Below, piece after piece: positions 50,519 through 57,881 of a stretch of 64,000 nucleotides of DNA. The notes under the pieces are model-generated. The model did no database searches, was not told where the DNA came from, and saw nothing but the letters and a program-made list of their open reading frames with translations. The stretch spans positions 37,291 to 101,290 of the forward strand of contig JAJZWV010000001.1 in assembly GCA_021846505.1 (NCBI GenBank), given 5' to 3'. A program made the translations under genes and the position numbers. Source of the DNA: Bacillota bacterium (GTDB taxonomy: Bacteria; Bacillota; Sulfobacillia; Sulfobacillales; JAIMBI01). Every line of letters starts with the position of its first letter. The first letter of the stretch is position 1.

Positions 50519-52057
50519 TCATTGGGGACGGCACAGACCGTAGCCGCGATACCGGCCCGCTCCCAAAATCATCGGTCCGGCCACCGTCTCGGGAAATTCC
50601 AGGCGGGCATGCAGGTGCAGCCGTGCGGTGCCATCCGGGCGCCGAAGGGGGGGAAATTCCTCCGCGCGCGGCGCCCCCTGGGCAAATGGCGCCCGCGACA
50701 GCTCCACGGCTTTCGGCCGCGGCAACCCGATGTGCTCGCAAGCCTTCGCGGCCGCCTCGGTCAGCACGCTCCAGCGGTTTCGCCCGTGGGCGTGGCGATC
50801 CATCACGATGGGCGTCACCGAGACCCACGTGGAGCTCGGCCGAATCCACGTTTGCGGTGCCAGCGTCATGGGGAGCACTTCGCGCTCGTCCAGCTGGGCT
50901 GTGGATTCGAACCAATCCCGGTGAGCCAGCAGCAGTTGCCGCGGCGCGCCAAGCTCGTCGCGAAGCCATCCCTGCAGGAAGGTGGCGGCCGCGCGGCCGT
51001 CGACCCCCCTCGGCAGGGCCAGTCCGACGCCCATGAGGCGCCCATCACCGTGGGCGTGCCCCACGTTCACCAGCGGCACCAGCGATACGTGTGGAGCGCG
51101 AGACGGTCCGCCATCCGGGGTGAGCCCAGAGGCCCACTCCGGCGCATCGGGGTGCGCGGCCATCATGGAGTGGCGCAGCGCCTCCACCACCGCCAGCGTC
51201 ATCGTGGCCGGCAGGTTTCCCGTGAGCCGCAGCACCTGCACGCGGGGATCAAATTCTCCCCGCACTTCGACCTCGGAGGAGGTCCGCGGCCCCGGCCGCC
51301 GATACCCCTGCCAGCGGCTGTTGCGAGGCCGCAAGCGGTCCACCAGCCCATCTAGGTATCGGGCGCGGTCCAATTTCCCCAAAGTCATGGCATGCCGCAC
51401 ATGGGGAGCGGGATCGGAAGCGGCCAGATACGAAAGGCGTCCGTCATACGGCACCCGCATCCGCAGGGTGGCATCCAGCCCATCATCCGGCACCCACAGG
51501 TGCCGCCGGGGCCCCAGCACCGGTGCGTCCGCATCGACCCACATCTGGACGAGCGACGCGGAGTGGCCAACGTGCGTAACTTTGCGGCACAGGCTGGCCA
51601 ACCCAGCGTGCAGGCTGGGAGGCAGCGCCCCAGTCTCTTCCCACACTAGGTGCACCACCGGATCCTCCGGCACCGCGACCGGGAAGCTGCGTGCCTGCCG
51701 CTTGCGGTGGGCGGGCAGGACCGTCAGTCCTTGGTCCAGCAACTTTTGAGGACTGGTGGTGTCCTTAAGCTGACCCACCTTTACGTCGTTCACGGGGACA
51801 AACGACACCGGGGGCCCGTCGCCTCCCACAGCGACCCTCGGGTGGCTGGCAGACGCATAGACCAATGGCGCCGGCTGGCGCTCCAGCCAGCGCAGGGCCT
51901 CGGCCTCCTCGTCCGGACCCGCCGTCTCGAAGTACGCGGCCGCCAGGGCCATGAACACGCGATCAGGATGGGGCGGCCACTCGGCCCGCGACTTGGCGGC
52001 ACCGTCCGCCGCCGCCAGCGACCAGCCGTTTAGGTATTCAACGGCCAAGCTGATCAT
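50519..52057 (-). CDS. csb2: type I-G Csb2 (Cas5/Cas6-fusion family), paralog 2
   Basis: MISLAVEYLNGWSLAAADGAAKSRAEWPPHPDRVFMALAAAY has the same N-terminal architecture as the gene at 32184 but is clearly diverged. 512 aa, following csb1. Confidence 0.85.
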   Translation of the reverse strand: MISLAVEYLNGWSLAAADGAAKSRAEWPPHPDRVFMALAAAYFETAGPDEEAEALRWLERQPAPLVYASASHPRVAVGGDGPPVSFVPVNDVKVGQLKDTTSPQKLLDQGLTVLPAHRKRQARSFPVAVPEDPVVHLVWEETGALPPSLHAGLASLCRKVTHVGHSASLVQMWVDADAPVLGPRRHLWVPDDGLDATLRMRVPYDGRLSYLAASDPAPHVRHAMTLGKLDRARYLDGLVDRLRPRNSRWQGYRRPGPRTSSEVEVRGEFDPRVQVLRLTGNLPATMTLAVVEALRHSMMAAHPDAPEWASGLTPDGGPSRAPHVSLVPLVNVGHAHGDGRLMGVGLALPRGVDGRAAATFLQGWLRDELGAPRQLLLAHRDWFESTAQLDEREVLPMTLAPQTWIRPSSTWVSVTPIVMDRHAHGRNRWSVLTEAAAKACEHIGLPRPKAVELSRAPFAQGAPRAEEFPPLRRPDGTARLHLHARLEFPETVAGPMILGAGRYRGYGLCRPQ

Positions 52058-53313
52058 CAGTCAACGCCCTCAGCCATCACCAAAGCCTGGCTGCGCTCCA
52101 ATAGCGTCATTAGGTCCGCACTAGGGGTGAGGTCCACCTCCCCTTTCCAGGTGAGGCCCACACGCTCTGCGGCCTGGACGGCGGCGTGGACCATCGCAAT
52201 GGCGTCGTCGCCGCAAAGCTCATAGTGCATGCTAGGCTTGCCGGGCGTGAGCACTTCCCACACAAAATCGCCTTCAGGCACCAGGTGGCACCGCGAGCGC
52301 AAGTCCGCCCCTTCCTCCCGGGCCAGCACCGCCCCGCATAACGCCAGCGCCGCCAGCACTGTCCTGGCGGCCCGGTCCACTTCCACCTGAGATTCACGCT
52401 GGCCCGGCAGCGGGAAGCGCAGCCGACGGAGTGCCGGAAGCGACAGGACGGTGGTTTGTCTCGCCTCGCGCATCGTGATGCCTCCGGCACTCTCCGTAAT
52501 GGTCGGGGTGACGTTGCCGTGATTCACGACGCTGGGGCGGCCCTCATCTTGCTCCTTCTTTTCATCCCACACCACGGGTTCGCCCTTGCCAGTTAGTTTA
52601 GCCAGGATGGGGCGGCCGTCTTTCTTCTGTGCCTGCTCCCGGTCAATGCTCCAAGATCCATCCGGCCGGCGAAAAAGTGGACCTGCCTTGCGCTGAATCT
52701 GCAGGGGGTCCATCCGGCTGGCCGTTTTGGCGCCAGCGACGGCTTGCACCGCCACGATTTCAGACACTAAGGCGCGCTGGAACTTGGCCCCCAGCCCGCC
52801 GCGGGGACCGGTGGAATCCCAAATGCCAAACACGAGCGCGCCGGGGCACATCTGATACAGACCCGTGGCGTGGTGGAGATCCGCGTCATTCAGCAGAGAA
52901 CCCATCGAGGACTGTCGAAACGGTTTTCCTTCCAACAGGCTGTCGCGGAAAATCGCATCGGCCGCGCGGTGAGGAGCCTCCCAGCTGGTGATAACCAAAG
53001 GCTTTCGCAGCTCGCGGCTTTCAAAGGCGACCGACAGCGTGGGCAACCTAAGCCGGCCTGCTCGGTGGGCCTCCAGCAGTGCCAGCTCAATCCGATTCGC
53101 CTGCGACGCCACCGAATCCAGCAGAATGCAATCCACGGGATCCTCTTGTCCATTGATGATTCGCTTTTCCACCGCATACTTCGCGCCCTCGTAGGTGGGC
53201 GGAAACACCTTGTCGCCCGCGCCGCCCGCTGGCTGGTAGTGCGTCACGCACCGCAGTGCCGACGCATGGCTGTCCACGGTCCCCTGCAATTCTTGGAACG
53301 TCAATTTCGCCAT
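52057..53313 (-). CDS. csb1: type I-G Csb1 (Cas7 backbone subunit)
   Basis: MAKLTFQELQGTVDSHASALRCVTHYQPAGGAGDKVFPPTYEG.. is the Csb1/GSU0053-type N-terminus. 418 aa. First gene of the effector operon. RBS AGAGGGTG. Confidence 0.85.
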   Translation of the reverse strand: MAKLTFQELQGTVDSHASALRCVTHYQPAGGAGDKVFPPTYEGAKYAVEKRIINGQEDPVDCILLDSVASQANRIELALLEAHRAGRLRLPTLSVAFESRELRKPLVITSWEAPHRAADAIFRDSLLEGKPFRQSSMGSLLNDADLHHATGLYQMCPGALVFGIWDSTGPRGGLGAKFQRALVSEIVAVQAVAGAKTASRMDPLQIQRKAGPLFRRPDGSWSIDREQAQKKDGRPILAKLTGKGEPVVWDEKKEQDEGRPSVVNHGNVTPTITESAGGITMREARQTTVLSLPALRRLRFPLPGQRESQVEVDRAARTVLAALALCGAVLAREEGADLRSRCHLVPEGDFVWEVLTPGKPSMHYELCGDDAIAMVHAAVQAAERVGLTWKGEVDLTPSADLMTLLERSQALVMAEGVD

Positions 53314-53383
53314 GATTCACCCTCTTCTCTGCGCGGTCTGCCGCTGATTGGTGCTGATGCCATGATTCAGAGCGTTCGCTGCC

Positions 53384-53412
53384 ATCCTAGCATTTCACTG
53401 GTGGGTTTGCCA
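53384..53412 (-). promoter_or_regulatory. candidate promoter P2 for csb1-csb2-cas3-cas8
   Basis: The minus strand reads TGGCAA, 17 nt, TGC-TAGGAT (extended -10), about 70 nt upstream of the csb1 ATG. Confidence 0.4.
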
Positions 53413-53434
53413 GGATGTGCATTAGACCTAAAGA

Positions 53435-53455
53435 GGGGCCCCGGGGGCGGGCCCC
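53435..53455 (-). terminator. GC hairpin closing the crRNA-like unit (degenerate 3' repeat surrogate or terminator)
   Basis: The minus strand reads AATT GGGGCCC GCCCCCG GGGCCCC TCTTT: a 7-bp G/C stem, 7-nt loop and short T-rich tail. It starts about 40 nt after the half-repeat, where the next repeat hairpin would be expected. Only about 35% identical to the true repeat. Confidence 0.4.
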
Positions 53456-53461
53456 CAATTC

Positions 53462-53513
53462 GACAAGGGAGACTTTCGTCCTCCTGACGCGCATCTAGCT
53501 TCAATGCAGCCGC
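53462..53513 (-). ncRNA. crRNA-like element: orphan 3' half-repeat (16 nt) plus spacer-like sequence
   Basis: Minus strand 53513-53498 is GCGGCTGCATTGAAGC, a perfect copy of repeat positions 21-36 including the 8-nt tag. It is followed by TAGATGCGCGTCAGGAGGACGAAAGTCTCCCTTGTC. No expression data. Confidence 0.5.
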
Positions 53514-53566
53514 CTGCTACAGCTAGCCCAGCGGGCGACCGGCAAATAGTCGCCCGCCGGAACCAG

Positions 53567-53749
53567 CTACAGGGGCGGTAAGAAGGGTCGCTTGATGGGC
53601 CAGGAGGATGACGCATGGACAGAAAACTCTAACTGAGTCAACGTTTGCGACTGCCGGGACGCGAACACAACGCGGCCGCCCGCCGCAACCATACGTACCT
53701 CGCTGCTGGCCTTCTGTTCGAAAATCACCACCCGAACCTCGTCGACCAT
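53567..53749 (-). CDS. hypothetical 60-aa ORF behind promoter P1 (possibly a cas10 5' remnant)
   Basis: ATG preceded by AGGAG at 10 nt. MVDEVRVVIFEQKASSEVRMVAAGGRVVFASRQ... GC3 about 73%. No family recognised. See findings for the in-frame relation to the cas10 fragment. Confidence 0.3.
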   Translation of the reverse strand: MVDEVRVVIFEQKASSEVRMVAAGGRVVFASRQSQTLTQLEFSVHASSSWPIKRPFLPPL

Positions 53750-53757
53750 ACCACGAT

Positions 53758-53776
53758 TTCTCCTGACTCGTATCTA
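53758..53776 (-). promoter_or_regulatory. partial protospacer for the crRNA-like element (candidate Cascade operator)
   Basis: Minus strand TAGATACGAGTCAGGAGAA versus spacer-like TAGATGCGCGTCAGGAGGA gives 16/19 identity. Mismatches are at positions 6, 9 and 18. 5' flank is CTA. It covers about +8 to +26 of the P1 transcript, including the SD. Confidence 0.45.
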
Positions 53777-53790
53777 TAGGAACCAGGATT

Positions 53791-53819
53791 GTTCTACCAC
53801 CGGCTGCGTTCGATGTCAA
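53791..53819 (-). promoter_or_regulatory. strong candidate promoter P1
   Basis: The minus strand reads TTGACA (53819-53814), a 17-nt spacer, then TAGAAC (53796-53791). Consensus -35 and 4/6 at -10. Divergent from the SNF2 gene. Confidence 0.5.
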
Positions 53820-53928
53820 ACATATTGTGAGCATCTATCTTCTCCGGGCTGTCCCACGCGGATCGTGTGTGCGGCCTTACTACTACGCGCATGGAGGAGT
53901 CCCCTTCCCCGACCTCGAAGTGGCTGTC

Positions 53929-56900
53929 ATGAACACATTGCACGCGGCGGTGGATGAGGTAGGACTGGCTCTGTGGGCGGAAGCGCCTGGCGCTGGACGG
54001 CGCCCGTCGCGCGCGGCGATTCCTTCTCTGCCCTTTGCCTCTGGCCCCGATAAGCTCCGTGAGCTGGTCCAGGAGCTTTGGCCGTTTTGGGATGCGGTGG
54101 ACGTGCGGCGGCAAGTTTTGTGGGTGCCCTCAGGCGATGCTGGGCCGACCCCTCCCGATGATGCGCCAGGGGCCGACCTCGCTTCGCGGGCCATTCGGCC
54201 CTTTCGCGTGGCCGCGGCGTCCGTGCCCTCCACTTGGTGGCCTATGCTGTTTGGCGGCCAGACTAGGGACGGCGGGGCTCGGCACTTAGGCGGAGGGGTG
54301 TGGGCCGACCCCGTCTGGGACGTGTGGAGCGCGCTCTTGGCGCTGGCGGAAAGCCTCGTGGTGCGGCATCAGTACTGGCCGTCCACCCGCCGAGTTGGCC
54401 CAGAGCTTTACGCCCACTGGACGCCGGACTGGGCGCCGCGCGACCGCGAGCGCGCGGCGAGCCTGGCCCGCCGCCTGCCGGGCGCAGCCCGCGCCTTGAC
54501 CCGCGATGCCACCGGGGCGCCCGCCCGGGATCCCGCGCTGGTCGCCGAGTGGTTCGTGGCAGCGGCCGTGGATCGCCTGGTGCGCGACAGCAGCCCGCCG
54601 CTGACGCTTGGGGCCAGCATACACGACCGCTGGTGTCAGGCGCTGGTGGCGGACGACGGCCGCCTGGGTGGATCGCCGGCCGAGTTGGCAGGGCTGGAGA
54701 CCTCAGTCGCGCAGTGGGCGCGCCCGCTCGTTGCCTTGGCCGCCCTGCCGTTTCGGCTGGTGTTTCGGGTGGTAGAGCCCGACCCCGAAGACGACCAAGA
54801 GCGGTGGCGCATCGACTTTCGGGCGGTGTCACTGCGCGACCCCAGCCTGTCCGCCGGGCTTTCTGCCCTGTGGGACGACTTCACGGCCCAGCATCGCGGT
54901 CTCGGTGATCCCTGGGACACGGTCGGGCCAGATCAGGTGCTGCTGGCGCTGGGCCAGGCCGCGGCGGTGTCGCCGTCCGTGCGCGAAGCGCTGGCTGGCC
55001 CCGCTCCGAGCCACCTCGCCACCGACCTCGCCGGCGCCTATCGGTTTCTCACGGAAGACGCGCCACTCTTAGAGCAGGCAGGCTTTGGCCTCGAGCTCCC
55101 AGGCTGGTGGCACGGGGCCGCATCGGGGGTGAAAACCCGGGCGCACGTCGAGGCGCCCATGGCAGTTCCCGGCCGCTTCAACCTGGACGCCATTATCAGC
55201 GTCAACTGGCAGGCAGTGCTGGGCGACGAGGTGCTCACGCCGGAAGAGCTTGAGCGCCTCGCCACCTCCAAGACGCCTCTGGTCCAAATTCGGGGCGCCT
55301 GGGTGCATGTCCGCGCCGAGGACGCGCTGCGCATTCTGCGGCGGGTCCAGCACCAAAGCGAGATGCGGGCGCGCGACGCCATGCGCCTGGCCATGGGTGC
55401 CACCCTGGGGCCCGACGCCGACGACACCCTTGCCGGCGCCACCCTCACCGGCTGGCTGAAGGAGCTTATGACGGCGCTACAGGGCGAGGGCGCCGCCGCG
55501 CGCGCCGCCGCCGCGCCGCCACAGGCATTTGTAGGCTCACTCCGCCCCTACCAGGCGCGCGGCTTGGCGTGGCTCACGAACCTGGCGTCGTGGGGGCTCG
55601 GCGGCCTTTTGGCCGACGACATGGGCCTTGGCAAGACGGTCCAGACCCTGGCCCTCATCGAGGCGCTCGCGGAGCACGACGCGGAACCGCGCCCCGTCCT
55701 GCTGGTGGCGCCGCCCTCCATCTTGGGCAACTGGGAGGCCGAAGCGCGCCGCTTCACCCCATCGCTCCCGGTGGCGGTGCACCACGGGTCCGACCGGGCG
55801 GCGGGCGAGGAGCTTTTGGCGCTGGCGCGTCGCACCGGGTTGGTGCTGACGTCCTACGGCACCATGCGTCGCGATGCGGCACCACTGGCCACGGTGCCCT
55901 GGCGCGCCGTCATCGCCGACGAGGCCCAAGCAGTCAAAAACTTTGCCACCCGCACCTTCCGTGCGCTGGCCAGCATCCCCGCCGACTTTCGCGTGGCCTT
56001 GACGGGCACGCCCGTGGAAAATCACGTGGGGGACCTCTACTCCCTCATCGACCTGGTGAATCCCGGGTGGCTGGGAGCCCCGGCGCAGTTTCGCCGGCAG
56101 TTCCTGCAGCCCATTCACCGCGAGCACCGGGAGGAGCCCGCCCAGCGGCTGCGCGACTTGACGGCGCCCTTCATCCTGCGGCGCACCAAAACGGACCCCG
56201 CCATTGCGCCCGATCTGCCGGACAAGATTGAGATGGTGCAGTTTTGCCAGCTGACCACCGAGCAGGCGGCCCTGTACCGCGCGGTGGTGGCGGAGCTGGA
56301 AGAGCGGCTATACCAGTCCGAGGGCATGGAGCGCCGCGGCGTGATTCTCACCACGCTGCTGCGCTTAAAGCAGCTGGCCAACCACCCGGCTCACTTTCTC
56401 GCGGATGGATCCCCGCTGCCGGGGCGCTCCGGCAAGCTTGAGCGCCTCGAGAGCCTGGTGGACGAAATCTTGGACAACGGCGAGCGCGCCCTGATATTCA
56501 GCCAGTTCCGCGAGATGGGGGCGCTGCTGCAGCACGACCTGCAGGAGCGATTCGGGCGCAGCGTGCTGTTTCTGCACGGCGGCGTGCCGCGCACCGAGCG
56601 GGACCGCCAGGTGGCGCAGTTTCAGCGCGCCGAAGGCGGGCCCCCGCTCTTTATCCTGTCGCTGAACGCCGGCGGCACGGGACTCAACCTCACCCGCGCC
56701 AACCACGTGCTGCACTACGACCGCTGGTGGAACCCCGCAGTCGAGAACCAGGCCACAGACAGGGCGTTTCGCATCGGGCAGGCGAAAGCCGTGCGCGTGC
56801 ACAAGTTTGTTACCCGCGGCACGGTGGAGGAGCGCATCCATGAGCTCCTGGTGGAAAAGCAGGGGCTGGCGGACCGCTTCGTGGGCGGGGGCGGGGGCGG

Positions 56901-56982
56901 GGGCGAGCAGTGGCTGACCGAGTGGAGCAACAACGATGTCTTAGACTTGTTTCGCCTGCAGGAATCTCTGGTGGAGGTGTAG
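53929..56982 (+). CDS. SNF2-family DEAD/DEAH helicase with long N-terminal SNF2-associated region
   Basis: Helicase core ..LRPYQARGLAWL..LLADDMGLGKTVQ..VIADEAQAVKN..LTGTPVENHVGDLYSL.. and C-terminal ..LNAGGTGLNLTRANHVLHYDRWWNPAVENQATDRAFRIGQ. The start is uncertain (ATG 53929 or GTG 53827). Confidence 0.9.
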   Translation: MNTLHAAVDEVGLALWAEAPGAGRRPSRAAIPSLPFASGPDKLRELVQELWPFWDAVDVRRQVLWVPSGDAGPTPPDDAPGADLASRAIRPFRVAAASVPSTWWPMLFGGQTRDGGARHLGGGVWADPVWDVWSALLALAESLVVRHQYWPSTRRVGPELYAHWTPDWAPRDRERAASLARRLPGAARALTRDATGAPARDPALVAEWFVAAAVDRLVRDSSPPLTLGASIHDRWCQALVADDGRLGGSPAELAGLETSVAQWARPLVALAALPFRLVFRVVEPDPEDDQERWRIDFRAVSLRDPSLSAGLSALWDDFTAQHRGLGDPWDTVGPDQVLLALGQAAAVSPSVREALAGPAPSHLATDLAGAYRFLTEDAPLLEQAGFGLELPGWWHGAASGVKTRAHVEAPMAVPGRFNLDAIISVNWQAVLGDEVLTPEELERLATSKTPLVQIRGAWVHVRAEDALRILRRVQHQSEMRARDAMRLAMGATLGPDADDTLAGATLTGWLKELMTALQGEGAAARAAAAPPQAFVGSLRPYQARGLAWLTNLASWGLGGLLADDMGLGKTVQTLALIEALAEHDAEPRPVLLVAPPSILGNWEAEARRFTPSLPVAVHHGSDRAAGEELLALARRTGLVLTSYGTMRRDAAPLATVPWRAVIADEAQAVKNFATRTFRALASIPADFRVALTGTPVENHVGDLYSLIDLVNPGWLGAPAQFRRQFLQPIHREHREEPAQRLRDLTAPFILRRTKTDPAIAPDLPDKIEMVQFCQLTTEQAALYRAVVAELEERLYQSEGMERRGVILTTLLRLKQLANHPAHFLADGSPLPGRSGKLERLESLVDEILDNGERALIFSQFREMGALLQHDLQERFGRSVLFLHGGVPRTERDRQVAQFQRAEGGPPLFILSLNAGGTGLNLTRANHVLHYDRWWNPAVENQATDRAFRIGQAKAVRVHKFVTRGTVEERIHELLVEKQGLADRFVGGGGGGGEQWLTEWSNNDVLDLFRLQESLVEV

Positions 56983-56983
56983 C

Positions 56984-57844
56984 ATGTCCGACTGGGATGG
57001 CGGCTGGCCCGCGCCAAGCCGCCCACGGCCCGCGAAGGGCGGCATTAAAGCCCGCACCAAGCGCGGGGGATTCGGCGCCACACCGGCGGGTGCGCGGTGG
57101 GTGGCCCTCTTGGAAGGCGGCGGGCCGGATTCCCGCATGCAGCGCGGGCGCCGCTATGCGCGGTCAGGGCAGGTGCTGGACATTGCGCTGACGCCGGGAG
57201 CGGTGCGTGCCCGGGTGCAAGGATCTCGCCCCAGCCCCTATCGGGTGGAGATTCGCGTGCCGGCGTTCACACCCGCCAAGCAAGCGGCGGTGCGCGAGGT
57301 GGTCGACCGCGAGCCTGCCCTCCTGGTGGAGTTGGCTGCCGGCCGCGTGTCCGAGGAGTGCCTGGCCGCCCTCGAGGCGGCTGGCCATGGGCTCCTGCCT
57401 GCCTCGCGCCGGGAACTCTCCCTCTCCTGCTCCTGCCCGGATTGGGGCGACCCCTGCAAGCACGAAGCCGCTGTGCTGTACCTGGTGGCGGAGGAGTTGG
57501 ACCGAGACCCCATGGGCTTACTGGTGCTGCGCGGCTTAGACCCCCAAGCGCTGCTGGCCGTGGCTGCTGCGCCCGAGCCCACCCGCGCCGTGCCGCTGGA
57601 GCTGGATCCTGCCGGCTACTGGGGGCGGTGGGACCCGCTGCCGGGCGGCGATTTTCTGGGCGAGCCGCGGCTGGCGGCCCCGGTCCTGGAGCGGCTGGGC
57701 CCGTTTCCCTTCTGGCGCGGCGCGGAGCCCCTTCGGGATCTGCTGCTGCCGGTGTATCGGGCGGCAGCGCTTGCCCTGCAGGCGCGTGCCGCGGACCCCG
57801 AAGAGGAGAGGGCCGCCGATGCGGAAGCCCGAGGAATCAAGTAG
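56984..57844 (+). CDS. SWIM zinc-finger protein
   Basis: CSCPDWGDPCKHEAAVLY is a SWIM CxCx(n)CxH motif. The gene starts 1 nt after the SNF2 stop. This is the conserved bacterial SNF2+SWIM pair (ywqA/ywqB-like). Confidence 0.85.
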   Translation: MSDWDGGWPAPSRPRPAKGGIKARTKRGGFGATPAGARWVALLEGGGPDSRMQRGRRYARSGQVLDIALTPGAVRARVQGSRPSPYRVEIRVPAFTPAKQAAVREVVDREPALLVELAAGRVSEECLAALEAAGHGLLPASRRELSLSCSCPDWGDPCKHEAAVLYLVAEELDRDPMGLLVLRGLDPQALLAVAAAPEPTRAVPLELDPAGYWGRWDPLPGGDFLGEPRLAAPVLERLGPFPFWRGAEPLRDLLLPVYRAAALALQARAADPEEERAADAEARGIK

Positions 57845-57881
57845 GCAGGCGCAGCCGCGACGAGTGAAGGAGGTCCCGGCC

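Noticed and set aside
53377-53392. Similarity of the pseudo-spacer start (TAGATGCGCG) to the csb1 -10 region (TAGGATGGCAGCG) as a second operator.
   Set aside because: The match needs three single-base gaps, which is incompatible with R-loop pairing. Probably chance.
53421-53460. Treating AATTGGGGGCCCGCCCCCGGGGCCCCTCTTT as a bona fide second CRISPR repeat.
   Set aside because: It has only about 12-14 of 36 identities to the repeat in any register, close to chance for GC-rich DNA. I keep it only as a hairpin in the expected position.
53827-57844. The SNF2 helicase plus SWIM pair as a novel defence system.
   Set aside because: This two-gene pair is a widespread, already recognised bacterial module (ywqA/ywqB-like). 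Only its juxtaposition to the cas control region is noted.
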